Counted from the first letter of the stretch, positions 1 through 35,910 are shown. The stretch is 64,000 nt of DNA from Balanoglossus misakiensis (GCA_040954595.2 CM082578.2:2152831-2216830); one strand, 5' to 3'. Notes: generated by a model from the sequence alone, not told the origin. Numbers and translations are program-made.

Positions 1-25047
<25,047 letters not shown>

Positions 25048-25102
25048 GTAACTGTGAGCTGACCATTTGTGATCCTATTCTTGGTTTCTTTAGTAATGTT
25101 TA

Positions 25103-25293
25103 CTGTAAAATGGGAAATTTTTGCCGCAAACTACGCGAGAGCCAAAATAACATGCAAATAAAACGTCGCGTAAAAAAAATTTCGAGATAACAATGCAGTG
25201 AAATACACGAACACGAAACTTAATCGTTGTGTAACAGTTGCCCCTTTTGATATCGCGAAAATTCCCTGTCGCGAAAATTTCCCATTTTCCAGT
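25103..25293. mobile_element. Copy of the CTGTAAAA...TTTTACAG MITE family
   Basis: 'tactgtaaaatgggaaatttt' ... 'aaaatttcccattttccagta'. Confidence 0.7.
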
Positions 25294-25528
25294 ATTTATT
25301 TCCATGCTGTACCATGCATATTACTTTTTACAGCCTGAATTTCATTTACCTGTATTCTTCTTTCTCAGAAATCTGTCGATCAATTTACCAATCATTGAAT
25401 GTATTATATAAATAAGCAAGCAACACCCAAATCAATTTGAAAACATTCATCAAAATGCAGCCCTTGGTATTGCCAGGAAACACATGTTGATGAACATGAT
25501 GCCTTAGGATATATATATATATATATAT

Positions 25529-25705
25529 CTGTAATGGAAATGGAGAAAGTACCTTATATTTTCTGTAAAATAGACATTTAATTGGCAAGCCGTCCTGCAT
25601 CAATTATTAATTCTGTACATGCACTAAAGCGCCCACACAGCTGGGTGTGTTGTATGGTCTTTAACCCTGTTTCAACTCAGAGTACTTTCTGCAATTTCAA
25701 GACAG
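25529..25705 (+). repeat. Left 177-bp terminal direct repeat
   Basis: 'ctgtaatggaaatggagaaagtacc...gcaatttcaagacag', matches 35734-35910. Confidence 0.92.
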
Positions 25706-26190
25706 ATCTTACGTGCCATTGGAGAGCTCCATTGCCTGGTCATTCATACTGTTTTCATTCATTCATTGCGGCATCAATATATTTTATCTATTCTAGCCGA
25801 GGAGCTTGGCACCTGTTGAAATGAACTCATCTGCTGTGGGCCAGTTTATTGGTGGCAGTTGAGCAGAGGAGAGCACCTTCTTTCCCGGCACGCCACCAAG
25901 TAAAGTTCCACGCTGCCCACCACAGATGCCAGCATTCATTCATTCATGCGAGTGAGTGTAATTGCAAATTTGCCTATTCTAGATTCTTACGTGCCATTGG
26001 AGAGCTCCACTGCCTGGTCAATCATACTGTTTTCATTCATTCATTGCGGCATCAATATATTTTATCTATTCTAGCCGAAGAGCTTGGCACCTGTTGAAAT
26101 GAACTCGTCTGCTGTGGGCCAGTTTATTGGTGGCAGTTGAGCAGAGGAGAGCACCTTCTTTCCCGGCACGCCACCAAGTAAAGTTCCACG
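25706..26190 (+). repeat. Subterminal 275-bp tandem repeat, about 1.75 units
   Basis: 'tcttacgtgccattggagagctcc...gcctattctaga' unit, same as 34909-35733. Confidence 0.9.
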
Positions 26191-26572
26191 TGCATTCCTG
26201 GCCCTGGTTTTATTTATGTTTACAGACAATATTGCATTTTTGTATTTTAATCAACTATAAATTTTGAATGTGTCATTTACCTGAACCGGTCATGTTGACC
26301 AGAATGATACATTTTTGCCTTCACTCACCCTATAAATATGTGATTGAGACATAGGTCATTTGCATAAGCTAACACACCAGAAAGTAAGCATATCTGTTGT
26401 TTTCCCTGTGTCACTGCCATCAAAGTAAAAATTAGACGTTGTGTAGAGCAAAATCCAATTTTTTGTTCCCAATAAACATGGATGAATTACATAGAATGTG
26501 TTTGTTGTTTACAGTCTTTAAATTGACACATTAGATTATGCACTTTACAAAACGTTTCTGAGAAACAAGTGA

Positions 26573-27076
26573 CTAACTAGTTTCTTTCCACTGTGGCCAA
26601 CGTGGTTCACTGTTTGTGTCAGAATCTCTCTGTTTTGCAAGGATTTTGAAATCATAGTGGTGACATGCATAGTGAAAATCAGCTACTTTCAAATGTCCGT
26701 CATGTTCATGCTGTAATTGAATTTTCAAAGCTGGGCTGGCGTGTTTTTTCTTATTTACATAAGTATCACACTTTATACATGTATCTTCATGGGGTTTTCT
26801 GAGTCCCGTATTTAGGTCCTCTCTCACAATTTTACGAAATATCGTATAACTGACAGTTGTTCTTCCCAGAAGAGATTGGTTGGTTATGAACTCTCGGTGT
26901 AACTGCGATATACTGTGGTCCGGCGCCAGGTACGGTTTAAATCGAGGATTCCTGCAGTAGTGAGATTCTACAATTCTGTGCCTGCGTACGTGTTCAGTGA
27001 TATCAGTCAGCAAATTTGGATTGAGTTTCCGACGATGCCCTTTGTGTCGGCCCCTTGCATCCGGCATCAGACCAGT
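26573..27076 (-). pseudogene. 5'-truncated tandem duplicate of the Sola-like N-half gene
   Basis: ~26177-27075 duplicates ~27076-27978 almost identically; translation equals the last 164 aa of the 320-aa ORF. Confidence 0.85.
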
Positions 27077-27474
27077 AAAGTTCCACGTGCATTCCTGGCC
27101 CTGGTATTATTTATGTTTACAGACAATATTGCATTTTTGTACAAGTATTTTAATCAACTATAAATTTTGAATGTGTCATTTACCTGAACCGGTCATGTTG
27201 ACCAGAATGATACATTTTTGCCTTCACTCACCCTATAAATATGTGATTGAGACATAGGTCATTTGCATAAGCTAACATACCAGAAAGTAAGCATATCTGA
27301 TGTTTTCCCTGTGTCACTGCCATCAAAGTAAAAATTAGACGTTGTGTAGAGCAAACTCCAATTTTTTGTTCTCAATAAACATGGATGAATTACATAGAAT
27401 GTGTTTGTTGTTTATAGTCTTTTAATGACACATTAGATTATGCACTTTACAAAACGTTTCTGAGAAACAAGTGA

Positions 27475-28431
27475 CTAACTAGTTTCTTTCCACTGTGGCC
27501 AACGTGGTTCACTGTTTGTGTCAGAATCTCTCTGTTTTGCAAGGATTTTGAAATCATAGTGGTGACATGCGTAGTGAAAATCAGCTACTTTCAAATGTCC
27601 GTCATGTTCATGCTGTAATTGAATTTTCAAAGCTGGGCTGGCGTGTTTTTTCTTATTTACATAAGTATCACACTTTATACATGTATCTTCATGGGGTTTT
27701 CTGAGTCCCGTATTTAGGTCCTCTCTCACAATTTTACGAAATATCGTATAACTGACAGTTGTTCTTCCCAGAAGAGATTGGTTGGTTATGAACTCTCGGT
27801 GTAACTGCGATATACTGTGGTCCGGCGCCAGGTACGGTTTAAATCGAGGATTCCTGCAGTAGTGAGATTCTACAATTCTGTGCCTGCGTACGTGTTCAGT
27901 GATATCAGTCAGCAAATTTGGATTGAGTTTCCGGCGATGCCCTTTGTGTCGGCCCCTTGCATCCGGCATCAGACCAGTTGAACAGTGCATCATTTTGCTT
28001 AGAACGGTTCTAGTCCGCCTCTCACTAATGCCAAATAATTTCAGGAATGCATTTTTGCAGACAGTAACCGTTTCACCGCCTTCATTCACCAGGTGATAAC
28101 GAACCGATTTCTTGTGTGACTTCATCTGTATATCCATCAGTTTGTAGAGCATCAAGTTCTGTTCATTATACACGCGACCATCAAAATATTTTCTCGTGGT
28201 GCCTAAAACATGCGTACTCCCAAGCTTCCGCAGACAATTCCCTTGAACGCAGGCGCATTCCAAGGAAAGACTGTCAATATCTTGAAAAGGGCGATTTTTC
28301 CTTGGTTTTTGTCTCGGACACGTCTTTTTAGAATTCCTACGTGGCTTGTTGGCTCGAGCTGACAGTTCGGTTCTGCGTTGCTGCCACACAGGAATGGGTT
28401 CCCACGCATAAGCAACTCCCCGGCAGGCCAT
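27475..28431 (-). CDS. Sola(1)-like transposase, N-terminal (non-catalytic, Cys/His DNA-binding) half as a stand-alone ORF
   Basis: 'VCKNAFLKLFGISERR', 'PDARGRH', 'ESHYCR...YL', 'VSYTIFRKIV..NTGLRKPHEDTCIKCD..H' are the motifs that precede the catalytic core in Sola1-type transposases. Ends at TAG with no catalytic domain; first ATG at 28431. Confidence 0.8.
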   Translation of the reverse strand: MACRGVAYAWEPIPVWQQRRTELSARANKPRRNSKKTCPRQKPRKNRPFQDIDSLSLECACVQGNCLRKLGSTHVLGTTRKYFDGRVYNEQNLMLYKLMDIQMKSHKKSVRYHLVNEGGETVTVCKNAFLKLFGISERRTRTVLSKMMHCSTGLMPDARGRHKGHRRKLNPNLLTDITEHVRRHRIVESHYCRNPRFKPYLAPDHSISQLHREFITNQSLLGRTTVSYTIFRKIVREDLNTGLRKPHEDTCIKCDTYVNKKKHASPALKIQLQHEHDGHLKVADFHYACHHYDFKILAKQRDSDTNSEPRWPQWKETS

Positions 28432-28553
28432 GGTCACAGCTGAAGTATTTGTTCAAGTACTGACTGACTAAACGCGGCATGGAACAAACGAACGAACGAA
28501 CGAACGACTTCACGTTCGGAAAAAAAAATCGTTGCGAGCTGTTGGGTGCCTCT

Positions 28554-29188
28554 ATTCTTCGCTATCAAATGACGTCAGACGCGTTCAGGTGGCAGTTACG
28601 TTCGCATTCAAATTTCCAGATGACGGGCAACTTCAGCAATGTTGACTTACGTAGTGCAGACAAAGACTGTGCAGACGAAATGCAATGAGGCTGATGAGGC
28701 AACATACCCGATACATGTTATGTGTTTGGTGGTTCTAAAGTAAAAACATACTCGGAAAAACTTTTACTGGATGCCGAAATATTGCTTGCCCGTCATCTGG
28801 AAATGACTGCGCCATGAGACACATTGCCAGATCACGTGATTGATAGTAAAGAATAGTTGTCGGCAACCGTTCTTTTTTATTGCTAACAATTCTTTACTAT
28901 CAATCACGTGATCTGGCCATGTGTCCCATGTCGCTGGCATTTCCAGATGACGGGCAAGCAATATTTCGTCACCTAGTAAAAGTTTTTCCGAGTATGTTTT
29001 TACTTTAAAACCGCCAAACACTTAACATGTATCGGGTATGTTGCCTCATCAGCCTCATTGCATTTCGTTTGCACAGTTTTCTCTGCACCATGTAAGTCCA
29101 CGTTGCTGAAGTTGCCCGTCATCTGGAAATTTTAATTCGAACGTAACTGCCGCCTGAGCGCGTCTGACGTCATTTGATAGCGAAGAAT
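28554..29188. promoter_or_regulatory. 635-bp imperfect palindrome between the divergent transposase halves; probable duplicated, bidirectional promoter
   Basis: Arms of ~305 bp, roughly 90% identical by hand count. Each arm has TGACGTCA, TCACGTGA and two inverted copies of TTTCCAGATGACGGGCAA. Confidence 0.75.
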
Positions 29189-29199
29189 GCTGTCAGAGC

Positions 29200-30212
29200 A
29201 TGGAAGGTGTGGTGGAAAACGAACAGAGGTTTTGTACGACCAACGATTGGATGGTGCTACATATGGACTTCCACAAGTCATTGCCGGTTCCTAAACTCAG
29301 CTCTGAAGACTTTTACTTTAAATCGAAATTGCAAATGAAGCTCCTTGGAATTTACAACGGGACAACGGAAAAGATGCATTGTTATGTATGGACAGAGCTC
29401 GATAGCAGAAAGTCTCCCGATGAAGTTATTACCTGTCTAAATCACTTTTTTATAACTCGGGTGTGACCAGCAGACATGCAGTTATTTACAGCGACAACTG
29501 CCGTGCCGAATTCAAGTGTGGGAAGTTAATGTTTTACTATGACTATCTGTTACGAAAGGGCGTGTTTCGACGAATTGACTATAAAACTCTTGTGGCTGGA
29601 CACACGTACTCCACCTGTGACCGAGTTTTTGCGTCCATTGAAAGGCATGCAAGTCGTTTCCAGAGTATAGAGACACCTCACGATTGGATATCTGTGATTC
29701 GAGGATCTTCTCTGAATGGGAACATTGGAGTTACGGAGATGACTCACAGAGACTTTTTCAATTATTCTGATTTCCTGAAAAATGAGTACGTTGTGCGTTA
29801 TGCAGATACAAACAATGTAACTTTTTACTACCAAGCCATGCACTATTTTAATTTTGGAGAAGGAGAAAGGCTTGATACCGACGGCAACCTCAGAACATTT
29901 AGTCATGCAGATAAAGTTTGGGTGAGAACATCTCTAGATCCAAGCGAGACCCCGATTGTAGTCGACTTTAGAAAGAAGAAGCAGAACCGGCGTTTACAAG
30001 ATTGTACGCTGAACAAACTTTATCAGGAACGTCGACCACTGGCGAGCAAAGTTTGGCGGGATCTTCAGAGTTTAGCCAAAAATTACCTGTCTCCGGAGGC
30101 AATAGAATTTTATAGGAATCTACCGCTTCAGGAGAGTAGTGGCACCTCTGCAGACCCGTACGCCTTTCATGATGATGACGACGATGATGATGATGATATG
30201 GGCGGTGGTTGA
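29200..30212 (+). CDS. Sola(1)-like transposase, catalytic DDD (RNase H-fold) half; one frameshift in a T6 run at ~29446-29451
   Basis: 'LHMDFHKSLPVPKL..FYFKSKL', 'CYVWTE..KSPDEVITCL', 'IYSDNCRAEFK', 'LVAGHTYSTCDRVFASIE'. One extra T joins 29200-29466 and 29463-30212 as NHFFYNSGVTSRH. Acidic C-terminal tail. Confidence 0.85.
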
Positions 30213-30705
30213 ACAAACTGTCCTTTTCATGACGACAGTGATTTTGGATATTTGGTGTGCGTGCACAGTTTATATGTAATATTTTCACACGAACGAGTTT
30301 TGACTGAATTTGATTAAAGAATCTACTCGATAATTAACAAATGTGCTGAATCGTGGTTATTATGTTGTTAATTTTTGTTTGTTTGTTTGTTTGTTTGTTT
30401 GTAAACAATTTCCGTTCATTCAACTGGCTACAAAGTTGGATTTTTGTACTGGGAAGCGATAAACTCGCACATCAAAACCGGGGAGACTCGATCATTTTTC
30501 CCTGCAGGTAGCCTGAAAAGCACCCGGGCAGAGATTACGTCATACATGTATATGGTCCACTTTAATACGAAATTATGCAAATGTGACATTTCACGGAAAC
30601 GGCGTATATAAAAGCGACCCTGGGCTATTGTTCGGAATGCGTCATCGACGAGAGAGTGACTGATAATTCTTCTACCTCGAGTCAACCATTCTGTATATAC
30701 TGAAC

Positions 30706-32031
30706 ATGGCTAGCTGGCGCAGGAAGAGACAAGGCAATGTGCGGTCTGTAATCAACGAACGGCACCGCTCAGTTCAGTGTCCCTTTCTTCAAAAGTGGAT
30801 CGGTGAGCAATTGGTATTTTCAGGTCGTTCAGAGGATGAAGTCCAGTCCAGTACTGTATTTGAGAGCTACAAATGTTGGGTTGAAAACTATTCGTCGGCG
30901 GACAATCAAGTAATGATTATGGTTACTAAAGCTCGATTTTTCAAGGTGAGAATGATCGCATTTTTCTTTCCCCCCCCCTCCCTCCCCCAAGGGACTCGTT
31001 TTCTGTCTCTTTTAAACCTGTAACTTAACGAAAAGGAAGTTTTTCACATATCTCTTCGTTGACCCTATAGCAATTTGGAGCGCGGATGCTTCAAGAGAAG
31101 AGCGTTACCAAATCAAAGTCGGCCGGGGTTAATATTTATAGAGGTGTTCGTCTGAAAGCTGGTTCGCGAAGAATCTCAACGGGGAAACCTGAGCACAGTG
31201 TACTTCAGACCAGGGCAAGGGCATTTCTTGATGACGCCAGCGTGACCGTTCCGATCGAGGTAAGAATGGTGTTTTGTTTGGACTAGGACAATAGAACGTT
31301 GCAATGAGTGTGTCAATGGGTGTCCAAGTGCAAACGTGGTCTGCTTCTGTCCACAAATGCCATTAATTTTTGGCAGGATTTATAAAATTGTCAATGAAGA
31401 ATACAAAAATGAAAAACAACAGTTAATAGCAAACTGGTAGGATTGCAAGGGCTTGTAAAACGGTACACACTGTACCAGGAAGTTTGCAACACTAATGAAG
31501 AATGTATATGATATATTTAGGTGAGAACTGTTCGCGATCGCCGGGACGCAGGACGGTGCGCGTTTTCGACGAGGGATATTCAAGCCTGGGACGTCGTCTG
31601 CGAATACCGGGGCACGGTTATTAGCGTTGAAGAAGCTAGTCGGCGTGATGAGCTTTACAGGGCAGAGGGGAAACGACCACGCATGTTCCATCTCTACATT
31701 GGAAAGAGACACGTTGTGTGAGTGTATCACTTAGTCGAATATATGGTCATATATTGCAAAGCATCTGTCGAAATAGAAAACGTAATATTGTCTATATTTT
31801 CCTCATTAACGCAGCATTGACGGATACGATGTCCCAGCCGGTGAAGAAAATTTAGCAGGCCTAATAAATCACAGTCAGCAGAACGCCAACTTGGTACCGG
31901 TTCGGATCGGAGAGCGCCTGGTTTTCTTTGCAACCAAGAATCTTTGTCAGGGAGTAGAGCTTTTGTATGATTACGGTGACGGGGGTGAAGAGGATTTCTT
32001 CAGTGGTTCTCAAACTTTTCCTGAAAATTAA
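30706..32031 (+). CDS. 4-exon protein: N-terminal RFX/D5-type winged helix + SET-domain lysine methyltransferase (PR-Set7/SETD8-like)
   Basis: Exons 30706-30945, 31071-31259, 31521-31717 and 31815-32031 splice GT-AG in frame with no stops. SET motifs 'GRCAFSTRDI..DVVCEYRG', 'IDG', 'LAGLINHS..NANL', 'ELLYDYG'; wHTH-like 'FLQKWI..VFESYKCW..FFKQF..IYRGVRLK'. Confidence 0.85.
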
Positions 32032-32936
32032 GGCATTAACACATCAACGCTTCGGGGTGTCGTAACGGCGGCGCGGCGGGGGGGGGGGGGGGACGTGAAA
32101 ATGTTTGTATCAGGAACAAAATTCCCGTGCAAATCACCTTGATCCGGGTGGGTGGACTATTCGCGACAAATGTTGAAATCATACAAAGCATTTTACTTAA
32201 TTAACCCATTTTTTTCATTTATTTGTTTACAGTTTACAACGTCATAGAGAAGTTGAACTAGAGACTGGATCAGCGTGTGTGACACCATAGTACACCAATG
32301 TTTTCTTCCGTTTGATTCAATTGTAATTTAAAACTGAGATTGCCTAACGCTTTCCCAGATTTTTTTAACCACTGAGAAACTGTGGGTTTTTTTCTGGGTT
32401 TTGGTGCGAGGTGATCTCAGTCAGTGGTGTTAATTTAATTAATCATTTTCTTTTCCTATTTACGTCGACTGAAATGTATTTTGATAGGTGATAGTCATAC
32501 CATAAAAAAAATCTTACGGCGCGACTGCCAAAATGTACATTTATTTGTCCGTTCCAAGTTATTTTGTGTATGTGTGATGGGTGCCGGTGACTGTGCAGGG
32601 TTGATTTCCCTAGAGCGACTGTTATATTCGTTTTCCAACGATGATGAATTTACATGTTATTTGCTTGGCATTTTGACGCAGAGACACTTCTGAAAACACA
32701 AACCTATTAATTATGCCACGGGTGTTAATTTATCACATTAAAAGAGGCTTTAGACGTTTGCCGCGAGCTCCTGGTGGGCAGAATCTTGTCAGCCCAAATT
32801 TGACTATAAGTACATAGCCAATGATATGACGCTCTCCCACATCCTTCGCCGCGCCTTTTCGCTGATTTACAGCATCTTGCGTAAACACTGTCATTTGATC
32901 TTGCTTGGCAGAAGTCAACTTGCTCTATACTACATT

Positions 32937-33302
32937 ATGGCGGCCAAGCTCAACTTCATCTCAGATAATGCCAAGGAGCGTTTGAGAGGCATCCTCGCCA
33001 GAAGGAGTCGCGTTTCCGGTGACTGTGTGCTCTGGACGGGTGCAGCTTGTCGAAACGGCTATGGCTCTATTACGTTCAAAGATGAGAACACTCTAACCGC
33101 CTATGTCCATCACATTGCACTCCTAATTAACGGAGTGCAATTGGTGGGCAGGCGGTTAGAGTGTTCTCATCGTTGCAACGAAAAGCTATGCATCCGCCCA
33201 GAGCACATTGTCCAGGAAACGCGACTCCTAAACATTTCACGAAAGACGTGCTTTAAATCCCCAAAAGGGGAGTGTCACCACGATCCCAGGTGCCTAAGGT
33301 GA
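32937..33302 (+). CDS. His-Me finger (His-Cys box / zinc-binding-loop homing endonuclease-like) protein
   Basis: 'CVLWTGA..NGYG..YVHHIAL..ECSHRCNEKLCIRPEHIVQETRLLNISRKTC..CHHDPRC' matches the I-PpoI-like SHxC..C..PxH...E....N..R..C pattern. Confidence 0.85.
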   Translation: MAAKLNFISDNAKERLRGILARRSRVSGDCVLWTGAACRNGYGSITFKDENTLTAYVHHIALLINGVQLVGRRLECSHRCNEKLCIRPEHIVQETRLLNISRKTCFKSPKGECHHDPRCLR

Positions 33303-34589
33303 GTAATCCTCTTCTCATTTGATATGTATTGTGTGACCCTGCAGTTGAAACGCTTTCATCAATAATTTGCGGCGCGTGGGTAATCTCGGTGTTATTGACA
33401 ATGCAGCCGGCCCAAACATTTTTAAATTAACACTGTTTCTGACTGTATTAACGAAATGTCCAATTTGCAAGTAGCCTATAGACAACCCTTTTGAATGAGT
33501 TTTGTCTCGTTGAGATTTTATACATAAGGAACAATCTAGATTTATTTTAGAAGACACTGTTCTTTTAAAACAGCTAGCATAATACAGCTAAATTTCGGAA
33601 TTTCCGGACAATTTTCGGAATTCCTTTTAAATTTGAGAAATTTTTCATCAGATATAAGTGTTACTATTTATTGGACATGTTTTTATCATTGTTTACTTTT
33701 TAAGGTCATTCTCACCCCCCCCCCCCAAAAAAAGCCACTTTAGGCTTCATGTTCAGTAAACAATCTGGAAAGTTCAGCTGAATTTTACACTGATCACACA
33801 TTTTTGGGAAGGTCTGGCGCAAAATAAAGGATGGCCAATGTAAATCTAATGTCACATTTGTAAACCTCTAAGTATTGTACACTCATTCTATTAAGTATAT
33901 GCAAATAGTACGGATAATTTTTTCGGAATGTGGAATTCCGAAATTAGTTCGGAACGTGTTAGCTGTGAAGAGATCACCACTGAGGGTTGGAAGGCCTTGC
34001 CAGAAATTAACGCGTAAAGTACGCCCTCACAGGCCATGTAAACAAGGTCAAATAAGGCCGTCTGGCAACGCGCCATTTGAGCCGAGCTGAGTTGGTCTGA
34101 GTTGCGTATCACACAGACTTAGGCTGAATGTCAGTGGAGTAACCAGTCCGTTTTAGATTTACCAATGATGTGAATTTAATTTCTTCACCCAGAAAAACAG
34201 AACACAACTTGTCTGCAACATGATGCTGACACATATGCCAGAGAAGTGGATCCGCGTTGTCAACACAGATGCCAGCATTCAAAAGGGGAGTGCCACCTCC
34301 TGAAATCAACTCATCTGCTGTTGGCCCATTTTATCTGTGGCAACTGTTCAGAGGAGACAACGTTTATTCCTAGCAAGCCACCACGCAATGTTGGGGTCAA
34401 CCTGTCAACACAGATGCAAGCATTCATGTGAGTGAGTATCAGGACTGACCTTGTATTTGCTGAATAATTCATAATGCCTATTTTAGAATTCTTAGAGGCA
34501 TTTGGAGAGTTCATTGCCTGGTCAACCAAACTACACCCCTTAACAGCTGAAACAAAATGCGTATTGTGTTCATTCATTCATTGCATCAA

Positions 34590-34860
34590 TATATATAGGC
34601 AACATGAGTATCAAGTAGCACTATTTGTTTACGATTGTATTCATGAAAACTTCCCACTAACAATTCCACAGTACTTCGTTAATATTGAACACATTTATCC
34701 AACAAGGTCAAAAGAAAAAGGGAATCTTCTGGTTCCAAAATACGCCACAAATGTGGGTCAACATACAGTGAAATATTATGGTGCTCAAATATGCAACATA
34801 TCAAATCTGTCTCATCAAAGTCATGCTTTAAAAAAGAATTGAAAAGGTATTATTTATCCA
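34590..34860 (+). mobile_element. Degenerate 3' end of a CR1/L2-group LINE
   Basis: 'YQVALFVYDCIHENFP..YF..HIYPTRS..LLVPKYATNVGQHTVKYYGAQI' resembles the ORF2 C-terminus. Confidence 0.6.
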
Positions 34861-34908
34861 TTTGACTGCTTGTTTCAAATCAGAGTACTTTCTGCAATTT
34901 CAAGACAG

Positions 34909-35733
34909 ATCTTACGTGCCATTGGAGAGCTCCATTGCCTGGTCATTCATACTGTTTTCATTCATTCATTGCGGCATCAATATATTTTATCTATTCTAGC
35001 CGAGGAGCTTGGCACCTGTTGAAATGAACTCATCTGCTGTGGGCCAGTTTATTGGTGGCAGTTGAGCAGAGGAGAGCAGCTTCTTTCCCGGCACGCCACA
35101 AAGTAAAGTTCCACGCCGCCCACCACAGATGCCAGCATTCATTCATGCGAGTGAGTGTAATTGCAAATTTGCCTATTCTAGAATTCTTACGTGCCATTGG
35201 AGAGCTCCATTGCCTGGTCATTCATACTGTTTTCATTCATTCATTGTGGCATCAATATATTTTATCTATTCTAGCCGAGGAGCTTGGCACCTGTTGAAAT
35301 GAACTCATCTGCTGTGGGCCAGTTTATTGGTGGCAGTTGAGCAGAGGAGAGCACCTTCTTTCCCGGCACGCCACAAAGTAAAGTTCCACGCCGCCCACCA
35401 CAGATGCCAGCATTCATTCATGCGAGTGAGTGTAATTGCAAATTTGCCTATTCTAGAATTCTTACGTGCCATTGGAGAGCTCCATTGCCTGGTCATTCAT
35501 ACTGTTTTCATTCATTCATTGCGGCATCAATATATTTTATCTATTCTAGCCGAGGAGCTTGGCACCTGTTGAAATGAACTCATCTGCTGTGGGCCAGTTT
35601 ATTGGTGGCAGTTGAGCAGAGGAGAGCACCTTCTTTCCCGGCACGCCACAAAGTAAAGTTCCACGCCGCCCACCACAGATGCCAGCATTCATTCATGCGA
35701 GTGAGTGTAATTGCAAATTTGCCTATTCTAGAT
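34909..35733 (+). repeat. Subterminal 275-bp tandem repeat, 3 units
   Basis: Three near-identical units (825 bp), preceded by the last ~30 bp of the terminal repeat (34879-34908); a diverged homologue lies at ~34260-34530. Confidence 0.92.
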
Positions 35734-35910
35734 CTGTAATGGAAATGGAGAAAGTACCTTATATTTTCTGTAAAATAGACATTTAATTGGCAAGCCGTCC
35801 TGCATCAATTATTAATTCTGTACATGCACTAAAGCGCCCTCACAGCTGGGTGTGTTGTATGGTCTTTAACCCTGTTTCAACTCAGAGTACTTTCTGCAAT
35901 TTCAAGACAG
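35734..35910 (+). repeat. Right 177-bp terminal direct repeat
   Basis: Matches 25529-25705. Confidence 0.92.

Larger units (their letters stand above)
25529..35910. mobile_element. 10.4-kb composite DNA element with 177-bp terminal direct repeats, inserted in (AT)n; split Sola-like transposase, wHTH-SET gene, His-Me endonuclease
   Basis: 25529-25705 and 35734-35910 are direct repeats (one mismatch seen), each CTGT...ACAG, flanked outside by (AT)n at 25509-25528 and 35911-35937; internal genes as listed. Confidence 0.8.

Noticed and set aside
29440-29466. Programmed -1 ribosomal frameshift in the transposase C-half
   Set aside because: The T6A run is not in the canonical X XXY YYZ register for the upstream frame; a single-T homopolymer indel explains it more simply.
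35030-35572. Repeated 63-aa and 81-aa ORFs in the 275-bp units
   Set aside because: No recognisable domain, and the unit length is not a multiple of three; treated as non-coding repeat.
25529-35910. LTR retrotransposon
   Set aside because: The repeats lack TG...CA ends, and no gag, RT, RNase H or retroviral integrase is present inside.
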